Made by a program: the position numbers and the translations under genes
In this document: in pieces, positions 1 through 12,310 of the stretch
Layout: the number at the start of each line of letters is the position of its first letter
How positions within the stretch are numbered: position 1 is the first letter of the stretch
Source: Trichoplax sp. H2
Lineage: Eukaryota
NCBI GenBank assembly: GCA_003344405.1
Contig: NOWV01000132.1
Coordinates: forward strand, 62,001-126,000
Direction of reading: 5' to 3'
DNA length: 64,000 nucleotides
Notes under the pieces: generated by a model
Told to the model about the DNA's origin: nothing
What the model saw: only the letters and a program-made list of their open reading frames with translations
Databases searched by the model: none

Positions 1-1798
1 TCCATCTTTCAAGTATATTAGAGTAATAAAAGCGCTCAATCGCTCTCTTCAATAATTAACTGATAAGTACATCAAATGGCATATTTGTGGTAGCTTTCTA
101 AATTTGAGGAATTCCTTACAATGTATGGACAGATTAAATTAATTAGCGGTACCACTTTGGAGAACTATTGTTACTTTAGTTTGAATACCTTATCAAAATA
201 AACTAATCAAGGGAACCATCGCTTCACAGCCCATTTTTTTTCAATTGCACGTAATATCTATTTCATTATTAGGCTAGACAGGTTTATTTATCAATTAAAT
301 AGCCTTTTGATACGTCAAATGTGATGGAATAACTGATTCATCATTCTATAAAAAGATAATAAATTTTATGATAGAAGAATATCATTTAAGTCCCTACTTT
401 TTTTTCTGTAGCAAATAATCAATCGGAAAAAGTGAAGAATAAAGAAACTTCTCTTATCATATGTCCCTTTCAATCTAGGAATCGTACTTTCTTTTCATTA
501 CCTAGAATATCGTATTGATTTCCCAATGTAGCTAATAAATTAGGATAATAATAGCTCTTATTGCTGTCAACAATCTTGAATTTGTTTTGTTTCAAGTACT
601 CCTTTGTCAATGATACAATTCATTTCATTCTGTTTTGATTAAGATGCTATCTAGATAAATCTCAGTATATGATTGATCTTAGTAGTTGATTTTCAAATTT
701 AACTTATGGAAGTAATAAAACAATAATAATGATGGAAGAGTAATTATTAATCAGTAACTTAATAATATAAAATAAAGTTCTTCCATCTAATAATGGCCTT
801 AAAATTCTGATTCGTCTCCAAAAATTCAAAAAGATTTTTTTTAGAGTAATAATTTAGTGTTTAGTTTTACGGCCATCATAAAATAATATAAGATTTAAAA
901 ATAGCATTGACATTATCACATTATAAAGATCCAACTTTAATTAAATTAAAGATAAAATAATTTGTAATCCTGACTTTGGTGCGTTCTAACTCTAAAAGCG
1001 ATATCATACTTATCAAACGGATGCAACTGCTTCCAACTTGATTCTACTTTTACTAATGAACAATTAAAGTGAATTGTTTTATTCAAAAGAGCTATTCCAA
1101 GTAATTTAATGTAAACGAACAGCATTATTCACATAAATTTATATTACATGTAAATCAAATTTGATCAATTTTAACTGCTTAGCAAATTACAATAGTATTA
1201 CATTCTCTTTCATTTCTATTTAAATAACCTATTATAAACTATAGAATTGTCTAATTCCATTATCATCTCGATATTAAAATTCAATGCATTCAATTAATTC
1301 TAAATATTAATAGAAATAAAATTTATCGAAATCACAGGCGTTTTATGTGAGAATTGTTGTAGTCTTGATGAAAAATTTATTTTATTGACAGAATGCTAAT
1401 AGATGTCTTAATTAAAATAAAAGATTCTCTGTTTTTGTAAGTGACTATTCAATGAAAAAAGCAAGTATAATTGATTGCTCTAGTGATGTTAACTGTCAAA
1501 TCGGCGTTCAGTAACTACGAATAGGATGGTGGAAGAAGTCAAAATTTTAGAAAACTTTTAAATATCTCTTTCAACGGTATATCTACGCCATTCATAACTT
1601 TTCTCCAATTCGAAGATTAAGTGATAAGGAACCGACATTTTCTGTCTAAATAGCATCAAAATCAAGCCTTACTCAAATATAATCATTCACTTTATCTGAA
1701 AAGAGAAGTTTTACAAGGCGTCAACTGTAATCAGGTTTCTAAAATATAAATAACGCTACAAATATCGTTCGATTCGTGATATTAAAATCTCGATCAGA

Positions 1799-2854
1799 AT
1801 GAGTCTAAATGCGCTTATTACATATAATACCACCAAGCCATTTAATCGCTATGCCATGGCTGCTATTATAACAGCCCCAGTCCTCGTTACCAACATCGGC
1901 GTGGTAATGTTAATAGTATGCAAAGATCGTTTGAAAACTCCATCCAACGCAATCTTGTTAAGTAGCTGTGTGGTTTGCCTCGTTTTAGCGATCGAATTAA
2001 TAGCAAGTGCTATCGCATCCATTCTTATTTCGGATATTACTAAATTTACAGGATTACTGTGCATATTAAACAAATCTACAGAGTTAACTTTGTGTGCTGT
2101 CTTTAACTTCCATGTTACTGCTATTAGCCTAGAAAGATATTATTCGGTTATTTTTCCATTTAAATATCAAAAACTATCCGACAGAAAAAATACAGCTATT
2201 GCCACTATTCTACTATGGACTATTCCCTTTATCATTATTTATCTACCAGTAACAATTTCGGCAATTCAAATTAATCAAGGCTGCTCTAACTGGACTGATA
2301 TTTATAGCGTTAAAGTAGCATTTTATTACGTACTTTTCCCCTTTACCTTATTCCTACCTCCCATTGTAACTTTATTCGCTTATACATCCATAATCTATAA
2401 GATATATGCTATAACGCGTAAAACTTGGCCAGCTACTACTGAAAATTCAAATCCAGAACCACGCAACGTAGCCTTCCAATTAATTATTAATCATAAGAAA
2501 GCGCTAATTCAAATGCTTATGATGCTTGGAACTTATGCGCTATCTTTTTTCCCCTTTTTTGCTTTCTATATCATTTACGTTGAAAGTCGTGGTCAACAGT
2601 TTATTACTGCCACTTACGTGAGTTATTTGATCGCTGTTGCCTATCTTTTTAGCCATCCGATACTCTTAGTACTTTTTACCGCTTCTATTAAGGAAGAGGT
2701 TAAAAAAGTACTCAAATCCAACTTTACATGCCTAAGTCGAATATTTGGAGGTCATACAAAATCAAATCCAGACACTGATGATAAAGTAACAAGATCAAGC
2801 CATTTGGACCCGGTGCGAACCACTGTCATTAGCAAGATTGCTATTGCTACATGA
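1799..2854 (+). CDS. Intronless orphan rhodopsin-family (class A) GPCR, 351 aa
   Basis: Seven hydrophobic segments. TM1 N (TNIGV), ICL1 LKTPSN, TM3 C...SLERY plus ICL2 FPFKY, TM4 W, TM5 P...Y, TM6 FFP, TM7 HP. No opsin lysine in TM7. Confidence 0.92.
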   Translation: MSLNALITYNTTKPFNRYAMAAIITAPVLVTNIGVVMLIVCKDRLKTPSNAILLSSCVVCLVLAIELIASAIASILISDITKFTGLLCILNKSTELTLCAVFNFHVTAISLERYYSVIFPFKYQKLSDRKNTAIATILLWTIPFIIIYLPVTISAIQINQGCSNWTDIYSVKVAFYYVLFPFTLFLPPIVTLFAYTSIIYKIYAITRKTWPATTENSNPEPRNVAFQLIINHKKALIQMLMMLGTYALSFFPFFAFYIIYVESRGQQFITATYVSYLIAVAYLFSHPILLVLFTASIKEEVKKVLKSNFTCLSRIFGGHTKSNPDTDDKVTRSSHLDPVRTTVISKIAIAT

Positions 2855-4962
2855 GTGCATTAACATGGAAATTTAATCAGTCTGTCACTTGTAATTACAT
2901 CTCATTTAATATAATCAAGATAAGTAAGACCATTCCTAACTTTAAAAGTAATATTATTTCTTTATTCAATCGGTAGGATAGCACTTACTTATGCTGCTAC
3001 AATTAGGGAAGTGTTGTTGCTATGTAAAATTACGGAATTATTTTTAAAAAATATTAACTGCTATTAGCCATTAATCGATAATTAGCTAAATAGAACCTTT
3101 CAATAATAAGTAGAAATGAAAAGTTAAGCCCGTCAAGGACAAATGGATGGCATTTGTTTTACGTCATATTGTTGAATAGGATTTCAAAATGTAATTTTTA
3201 GTTAATTCAATGCATGATCTAGGTAAATTTTAAATTTCAATCAATTCCTGTCAACAATTGCCTATTCATCTTCCTATCTCAAGCACTTTTAACGTTATTG
3301 AATGTACTAATTTAATTAACTGTATTACAGGAGCGTGAACGAAAATAACGATAACAATGGTTCAGCAATAACTTAAATTGATTCTGTATAGCTAGAAATA
3401 CTGGTATATCCTGTTAAATTGACAGTAGCATCAAAAGCTGTATTTATATGTATGCCTTAACTTATCCTACAGTAAACTGTCCGGAAAATTTGATTGTAGA
3501 TTCTGCCTAACCTATTACTGGCAGTACCTTTATTATTTTACTTAAGTTAAAAATCGCTATTACCATCCTATTCTATTTATCAGATAAAATATATACTTTC
3601 ATTGATTATTGTCGATCATAAGATGATCAAAGTACAGTATCTTGGATATGAAATCAACATATATAAAAAATCTTTATTATATAAGTATATCAATACGTAC
3701 TTTGGTTTTTTAATCCTAATACGATAATTAGCGTTTATATACTTGTATTTGATTCAAGATGTTATAAATCTAAACTTCAAAATTTTTAAAACTTATATTA
3801 CCAGACATCTCGTAATTATTATCTATATTAAAAATAAATTTGCTGTTCTCAAAGTTCAATAACAAAATTACAGTGAATGAATAATCTTTTGCATTATTTT
3901 CGGTCTGCATTTTATGAAGATAATTAAAATTCAATAATTATATTTATAGCTGTAGTTGATTGCATGTGTTATGATATTATCTATTCACGATAGAAATCTC
4001 TTTAAAGTAGTTTGATTATACTCTATAAATTTATTGATCAATCGAAGCAATTAAAAAAATTTACTTGACTATCACTAACTAAACTATATGATATTATCAG
4101 ACTAGTTTAATATCATAACATGATAATAAGAACTTAATTATTGTAGACCAAATTTTAAGACACAGCTGTAGCACTGTTTATGTATCGTACATCAATTACA
4201 CTCTCTACATTAATTAATTTAACGTTTCCATTTGATTCTATTTTCTATTTTCATTTATTCTATCAAATTGGTAAACAATAAAACACATATTACCATTGTA
4301 AAGTAGTACCGCTAATCATTTGAATCATAATAACTGAAAGTCATTCCCCCAAGAAGCTAATATCCAAGCAGTAGCATGCATCTTAATTAAAACATTTTCT
4401 GCCCTCATAAATGACATACCACTGAATTATATCATTGAATATATTCGTATAAGAAATACCATAAACTTAAAAATTCAATGATAGAGTGACAAATTCTTAT
4501 ACAAATGTTTTTAACATCTGGCCATGATAATCGATGAGTAATCAAGTAAAATAGTAAAATAATTATTTAAGAATGAATCATCAATATCCCGTAATTAATC
4601 AGAATGTACTTACGCATGAAGTAAAATTCCCTTGAGAATCATTACATAATAAGCGCATGTAAATATGTGCCATAAATATCGATTTGATAACACTGTCCTA
4701 TCAATCAGATATTTTATATGTGATAAAAGATGCTGCATGCGGCAATTACTAAAATTTCATATTGCTGTACACCTTCAAGCTAGTTGGACTACCTTAATAC
4801 TTGTGATGGCAATTTCGGGAATGTTTGTAACAGATTAAAAAAAGTTAATCAATAACCTGAATATTTATCGTTCCATTTTTGGGGTTATTGGATGTTCTGA
4901 GTACTCAGCCTAGGCCAGTATATAATATACCTTAAAACGACCAATATGGGTCTATATGTTAC

Positions 4963-5119
4963 GGCCATTCCTAAGGCTGACTTTGTCGTGAACATTTAGT
5001 CACGGTCAATGCTAAAAGTGTAATCATGGCTAAGATTGTCCAACCATTCTTAGGAATGATTACAGTCTTAGCATTGACCGTAACTAATGTAAAGGACAAA
5101 ATCAGTCTTAGAAATGGCC
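4963..5119. mobile_element. MITE-like long inverted repeat (about 72-bp arms, short loop)
   Basis: Left arm GGCCATTCCTAAGGCTGACTTTGTC...GGTCAATGCTAAAAGTGTAATCAT matches the reverse complement of the right arm ending ...GACAAAATCAGTCTTAGAAATGGCC. No clear target-site duplication. Confidence 0.55.
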
Positions 5120-6363
5120 CAGTCGTACCTTGGATAGGTGTCTAATAAGTCCATATTTCTTTCTTGAAGTTTAGTTATACCTATCCATAACGGACCAATT
5201 TTACTAAAAGCAATAATTGTACGATGGGATATGATAGGTACATATTTCTTTTATTGCAGTTTAGTTGTACATGTCTATACCGGACCAATTTATTACGATA
5301 TAGGTACATATTTTTTGCACATCAATTTATATCATAAAGCCTATATGATATTTACGCTTAATAGAGTATATCTAGCTCTATACATATAATCCAAAATAAA
5401 ATCTGCTAAGAAAGATGCGTGGATGTAAAGTTAAGTACTATACAAAGAGACGGAAAGTAGCATTGCCATTATGCATTTCACTATTCATAACGAAATGGAA
5501 AGAGATACATTTTTGAAGCTAGAATTGCTCCAAGTTAAGTTAATATATACATAGCGTTATGGAAATTTCTCTAATTCGCTTCATAGCAACCATTCAACGT
5601 TAAAAGTACAGAACAAAGTGGATATTGAATATACTTTTAAAATTGTATTTACTCATCAGGCAAATCGTGCTATCTCTGGGCAGAAAGTCTTACTATGAAA
5701 GTAAAATCGTTTTATCGTCTTGTAATATCATTATCTTTATGGATCGAAAATTGGCGCTCATAGTTGTATACTATAAATAAATACAATCCAAAAACGCACC
5801 AATTGAATTTGTCTGCAAGTATGTCATGCGGTATGATGTGGTTTATTTGTAGCATTTAGTTTGCAAATGCTGTCGTATATCGTATTTTACTCTTACAAGC
5901 TTTCTCCACTCACAAAATATCTGTACCAGTGTTGAACACTGATCCATACCTCAAGCTTTCCATTAAGTCGCTGATGTTGTAATTATATTATACTGTATTG
6001 TACAAGTCCAACTCGTGGCCATTCCACCCATTCGACTATCCCTTGCTGGCGTATGATTTGATTGTACAAAGATGCCGCTGTACTGTACTGTGCAGCACAG
6101 TGTGATCTTTTTCCTTTCCAATTCTTTCATATGAAGTGAAAGACTTTAGTATTAACCAATGTAACATGATATACATGCATCCATCGACAAGAGCTTACTG
6201 TTTCCACATATAAAAAATTGGCCGGATTGGGTCAAAAAATGCCCGCCTAGAATTAGAATAGGTGCTGATTCATCGGATTGGAAAAGGATTCTGCTGTCCT
6301 GTACACTGGTAAATGAGTCATGGACTGACACTCGTGCGGTCGCGCAATGTGCAATGGAATATT

Positions 6364-6641
6364 TCGGATTAATATCGGATAATCACTTCAACGATCGGAC
6401 TAGGTTCTGCGTTGCATGGAATTTTGATTTTATTGAAGATACAAAACGTATTTCAATAAACATACAGACAGGGCTATTTTCCGGATTAATATCGGATAAT
6501 CACCTCAACGATCGGACTGGGTTCTGCGTGGAATTCTGATTTTATTGAAGATACAAAACGCATTTCAATAAACATACAGACAGGGCTATTTTCCGGATTA
6601 ATATCGGATAATCACCTCAACGATCGGGCTGGGTTCTGCGT
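6364..6641. repeat. Tandem repeat, unit about 112-116 bp, about 2.5 copies
   Basis: GGATTAATATCGGATAATCAC...AACGATCGG recurs at about 6367, 6483 and 6595 with near identity. Confidence 0.9.
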
Positions 6642-7185
6642 TTCGTATCTTACCCTTTAAAGTCCAATCGTGTTTCGGAGCCAAAATAGAAAATATCAAT
6701 CAGAGTGATGTTGGTAGCGTCCTTCGCTCCAACCATACAGCACTTCCATCAGCGTCGGGAGTGAGTTGTCAGTACGATACAAAATACGACAGTATAGTAC
6801 TTGGAAAATATTCGTCTTGCTTGGTTCTAGCGCTCAATTGACTGCTTCAATGTAAAATTGAATTACGGATAGAGAATCACCAAGTCAACAGCTATCTGTC
6901 CATATCCATTCAAATTATGCCTTTGCCATCTATTTTGTACAAATTGATGCAAAAATGGCAATAGCCAATCTGAATCTGCATCACGTGATACAGCTTATGG
7001 ACGACCACGGTCAGGATCAGCAACATGGACGACTAATAGAAGAAGATCCGTCTCCTTTTGAGTCGTCCATGTCACGTCCACAAAAAAGAAAGAAGAGAAA
7101 AGAGGAACGTAAAGCAATCGTCCACGATACAGTACTAAATAATGGAGAAGCTGATGGATTTTTGGCTCATTTCGGTTGACATAAT

Positions 7186-8131
7186 GAGTATTTTCACTTT
7201 TTCAGTACTTCAATGATCCGAGTACTCTGCTATGACAACCAAACCCGGCCTACAAATCCCCAAATTTCTCTCATCAATACTATACTGCAGAATTGCAGAT
7301 ACAAGTATTTTCACTTTTTCAGTCCTTCATGAGTGATACAAGTATTTTCACTTTTTCAGTCCTTCAATAACCCGAGTACTCGGGTATGAAAACCAAACCC
7401 GGGCTACAAATCCTCAAATTTCCTACTATACTGCAGCCTTGCAGATACAAGTATTTTCACTTTTTCAGTCCTTCAATAACCCGAGTACTCGGGTATGAAA
7501 ACCAAACCCGGGCTACAAATCCCCAAATTTCACTCTTCATTACTCTACTGAGTGCTGATACAAGTATTTTTCAGTCCTTTTACTCATGGAAACCAAACCC
7601 GGGCTACAAATCCGAAAATTTCTCTATACTGCAGAATTGCAGATACAAGTATTTGCACTTTTTCAGTCCTTCAATAACCCGAGTACTCGGGTATGAAAAC
7701 CAAACCCGGGCTACAAATCCGAAAATTTCACTCTTCATTACTCTACAGTGCTGATACAAGTATTTGCACTTTTTCAGTCCTTCAATAACCCGAGTACTCG
7801 GGTATGAAAACCAAACCCGGGCTACAAATCCCCAAATTTCACTCATCATTACTATACTGCAGATAGAAGTATTTTCACTTTTTCAGTACTTCAATAACCC
7901 GAGTATTCGGGTATGAAAACCAAATCCGGGCTACAAATCCCCAAATTTCACTCATCATTACTATATTGCAGATACAAGTATTTGCACTTTTTCAGTCCTT
8001 CAATAACCCGAGTACTCGGGTATGAAAACCAAACCCGGGCTACAAATCCCCAAATTTCACTCATCATTACTCTACAGAGTGCAGATACAAGTATTTTGCA
8101 CTTTTTCAGTCCTTCAATAACCCGAGTACTC
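7186..8131. repeat. Tandem repeat, unit about 110-120 bp, about 8 copies, with an internal 16-bp palindrome
   Basis: Unit GATACAAGTATTT.CACTTTTTCAGTCCTTCAATAACCCGAGTACTCGGGTATGAAAACCAAACCCGGGCTACAAATCC... is repeated; one copy near 7560 is internally deleted. Confidence 0.95.
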
Positions 8132-8468
8132 AAATCGGATAATTTTCAAACCATGCTTGGAGAAATGGTCCGTCCATCCGAATGCGAGATCAGGCTGTCT
8201 GCGCATAGGGTTTTCGGGCCCGGTCCATTTTCATTTTGGAGTAGGCAGCCAGTATAATGTACGGTAGAATAGTGTATCGTCCAATGCTCCAAGTCTATAG
8301 TAGAGTAGTAAAAGCAAGAAGAAATGTCCACCTTGGCCTACTATACCAGGATCGAGTTCAAGTCAACCCTGGTAAGTGGTGGCACAGTAGCAGGAATCCA
8401 ATTGCTCTCTTTTGCCAGGTTCTCCTCTTCTACTCTGGTTGTACTTTCCACTTTACTTTTGCTACAAA

Positions 8469-11400
8469 ATGCCTGATTTTTTCTCCAAGAAAGCGAGAAG
8501 AGCACAAGAAAAGGTATGGAACTGGATTTTTAAACTAAAATGCGATGATAAAAGCGATTCCATGCATGAATACACGACCAATGACGTAGACCATGATAGG
8601 ATAATGAATGATTAAAATACAAGTTAATTTAGAATGTCTATGATCAAGATCCATCCTGCTTAGTGCTGTATTATTGCAGACAAAAATGGAGTAGCTGTAT
8701 GTCCTCTATGCAAGGGATTGCCTCAATTTACTGATGATGATGGAATGCTTTCATTTTAGGTTTTACAAAAGCTTGGAAAGGCCGATGAAACCAGAGATGA
8801 ATCGTTTGATGAGCATGTCAATCATTTTAACAAGCAGCAGGTACTTATATTGGTAGAACACTTTTTCCCTTGGGTAGATTCTATCGTAGCTAACCTACCA
8901 ACAAGTCTTAAATAGTAATCTAGCGTTCAAACTGTCTTTAGCATACAAATCAAATGTAAGCTCTACCTTGAACTCAAAATGAATCGTTCTGATTGATACT
9001 ATGTACTATATTATATCGCTGTGGTTGTACTACTAGACGACGTTCTATGCTAGATTACCTTGTATATGTAGAGAGAGAGAGAGATGCAGTTACGGTGCTA
9101 CTGATGTATTTCGCCATTTTTCTGCCCAATTGATTGAAACGAGAGACCTTAGGGTCTCTAATCTGTACGTTATGCTATCTACATGTTGAGAATGACGCTA
9201 ATGTTATCGACTTAGCGCAATGACAAGACAGCAATAAATAGTTCATTCTTCCACGACTGTAATGGCTAAATCCTTCATCTATCTTACTTTTTCTTATCTA
9301 GGCTGAAGTTCATAAACTACATAAAGAATTTAAACAGTATCTATCCTGCTTAAAAGGTGATATTGGTTCAACAAATGATACTTTCATTGAACTGAATACC
9401 ATCGATAAATCAAATCATTCTTGTTGTCATTCTCAATCATGATCAATATGCTTGCTCAACTTTTTTTGTTGTCACAATACTTGACTCATTCTCTGCACTT
9501 TTTCCGCTTCCAATACGATTTATTGATAACCAACTTGAACATGATATCTAGACATGAAAACCGCTGCCTCCAACCTTAATGAGGCTATCTCGGAAGTTTA
9601 TGATGGTGAATGGGGAGGTTACAGTGAACTAGTTTCCGTTTTTGAGGTAGATCTTTTCTTCAATCTTGCCAAATCAATTAGCCATAGCAGTACAGTATTA
9701 CGTTCTAGAAAGCGCTTGCTAAAACTTTCTTAGCAGTATTAGCCTTGATCGAAGATACATAAAACATTTTTAGAGCAACAACTATTACAGACATTTTTAG
9801 AGCAACTACTATTACAGTCTTCTAGTTAATTACGACGGAAGTTCACAGCATGACACTGGTAGAAAGTGCCTCTACATATGTCTCACTATTGTAACCTACA
9901 GGGTCAATGTAATTCAATTGAAGGTATAAGTGTTGTAAACTTTATTCGTAATCCTGTGTAATTTGATTTTCTCTTGAGGATTCTAAAACGCTTTGGAACA
10001 ATCTAGCTCTACGTTTATCAGAAGAAGTAGTGTCACCGTTTGCAATATACCAGAGTCAATTTCCGGAATTTAAGGTTATCACAAAATAATCTTTCTTATT
10101 CTAATTGTCTCATTATCACGATGATAAACGTAATTAAATTAATCCAATGCAATTTTACAAATGTAGTCGCGAATAGCAAAAAGAGGGCGCAAATTGATTG
10201 ATTACGATGCCTGTCGGCACAATTTAGACGTAAGTACCAAACGTCCATGAGCTGATCAACCAATTACGTAATTTATCAGTAATTTCTTTCAATTTATTAA
10301 CCATGAACTTAGCTCATGCTGAATGCATGTAATCAGTAACTTTTTTTACTCCACAGTCTGCTAAGCAGAAAGGTAAAGCAGATGATCGTAAAATATCACA
10401 ACTTGAAGAAGAAGAAATGGTTTCAAAGAAAATTTACGATGAATTAAATACTCAATTATCCAATGAATTGCCTGCTATCTACGATAGGTACAAACTTTAT
10501 CCATAAGTAACGCAAGAAAATTGCTCTAACTTTGCGTAGATTGACTAGATCAGAGACTTTGACGAAAACTTGTCTTACAAGTCCCTAACTAGATTCCAAT
10601 GATAAAACAATCACTATTTTAAGTAAACATACGCTCGTAATTACTGCCATTGCTCACAAATCTATTATTTACTAGATAAAGTGAATGTTATAATTACAAA
10701 TTTTGTATTTTAATCACTAATGTTACTTTTAATTTATCTTACGATAATAGTCGTGTTGCCTTCTATGTATCCACATTACAATCTTACTTTGCAACACAAA
10801 TAGAATTCAATAAAAACATAACCAAGGTAAGATGCAGTGTTGAAATTAAGTGTAATCAAAACGGAACTACTATTAATAAACCTGTACAATTGCTTTTGCT
10901 TTTCTTCTAAGTAAACACTTATTTTGAGTTCAAAATGCCCTATTTGTAGAGATTTTAGTTCATAACTAGCTTCATGTTTGCATTATTGTAGACTTCAGTA
11001 ACCTTAAAAATCTGAACTGTAGGAATATACATTGATTAATGCGAGTTATTTTAATACCTTGCCTGTTCCAATGGCACTTGTTAGGTTCAAGAGCAACTCA
11101 ATGATCTAATTAATAGAGTTGTTGACGGACGCTCAGCGTCATCTAGATCGAGCCCTAACTTGAGTTCAGGGTAAGGTGACATTTTTCATAGCAATTGATA
11201 ACAACCTATTAATTTACATAATGAATAATACTAAATTTGTTAATACTCGTCATCATAAATTGCAGAAGGCTAACAATCGATACTTCTACAGCTGGTAAGC
11301 CTACTTACGTTGTAATCAAATGTTTGAGCTATAAATAAAACTACTCAAGGTTGCTAAACTCAGACTGTACTTCCTATCGTTTCACAGAAAAATCACCAGT

Positions 11401-12310
11401 GAGAGAACGCAAAAAGCGAGAAGCTCCGAAAGTACGAACCAAAACAGATTGATTTTATTGCAGAAATAAAATGTAACCAACCGTCTAATAAATATAACAT
11501 TCATCTTAGCCAAAAAAAGAGGAAAAACCGGTTAATCCTTTTGGTGATCCAGATGATGATGATGAAGATAAAGATAAAGGAAAAGGTAATCCGTTTGGCG
11601 AAGAAGAAGAGGATGAGGATAAAGGAAAGGGAAATCCATTTGGTAATGAAGACCATGATAACAGCGAAGATGAAGCGCCAGGAAATCCTTTTGGCGACGA
11701 AGAGGAAGAGGAAGAAGAAAAAGAAAGCGATGAAGGTGCTGGTAATCCCTTTGGCAATGGCGACGATGAAAACGAAAACGAAGATAAAAGCGCTGGAAAC
11801 CCTTTTGGAGGCGCTGATGAAGATGATAAGGATAGCGTAGAAAAATCTGCACCAGAATCGAAGGCAACTAGTGCAAGATCAGCTAGAGTTAAGAAAGCTA
11901 GCAACAAGCCCGACAAAGTGCTCTATCAGGTTTATATAAATACGCAAACTTACTTGCTCTGATCGATTATAACGCTAAAACGAACCTCCCTTGCAATAAA
12001 AATATGTGCTTCGTTATGCAGGTTCGTGCAAAATCTAATTACATAGGTACCGATCCCGATGTATTAAGCTTAGTCAAAGGAGATTATATCAACGTCATTG
12101 GGTTTGATAAAGAACGTACAGATAATGAGGTAATACGGCTACTTATATAAAATCATTCATTCTGATCAACACACTGGCAAAAATGGCTTACTGAATTACT
12201 TTTACCTTACCAATTTTTAGGATGAAGAATGGTTGATTGGTATTCGACGTAATGATCACGTGAAAGGCAGCTTTCCAGCTTCCGCAGTGGCCAAGGATAC
12301 TACGCTTTGA
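8469..12310 (+). CDS. BIN1: Amphiphysin/BIN1-family protein (N-BAR, NPF/acidic linker, SH3), 14 coding exons
   Basis: Exons 8469-8513, 8760-8840, 9302-9356, 9552-9646, 9979-10074, 10167-10229, 10357-10487, 10751-10826, 11085-11170, 11266-11294, 11388-11431, 11510-11929, 12022-12129, 12221-12310 join in frame with GT-AG sites. The translation contains RAQEKVLQKLGKADETRDE, SRIAKRGRKLIDYD, ELPAIYDSRVAFYV and a C-terminal SH3 (EEWLIG...KGSFP). Confidence 0.92.

Noticed and set aside
1799..2854. Opsin assignment for the GPCR
   Set aside because: The retinal-binding position 7.43 is Val, not Lys.
7186..8131. CRISPR-like array (palindromic repeats with a variable segment)
   Set aside because: The variable segments are homologous to each other rather than unique spacers, units are about 115 bp, there are no cas genes, and the context is eukaryotic.
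7386..8257. ORFs with repeated RVLGYENQTRATNP peptides
   Set aside because: By-products of the tandem repeat; frames shift between units.
9764..9817. Short direct duplication ACATTTTTAGAGCAAC..CTATTACAG and a nearby (AG)n run at about 9070
   Set aside because: Ordinary intronic slippage events.
11506..11916. Three overlapping ORFs in the track (Ser-rich minus strand, Lys/Met-rich plus strand)
   Set aside because: Shadow frames of the low-complexity amphiphysin NPF exon.
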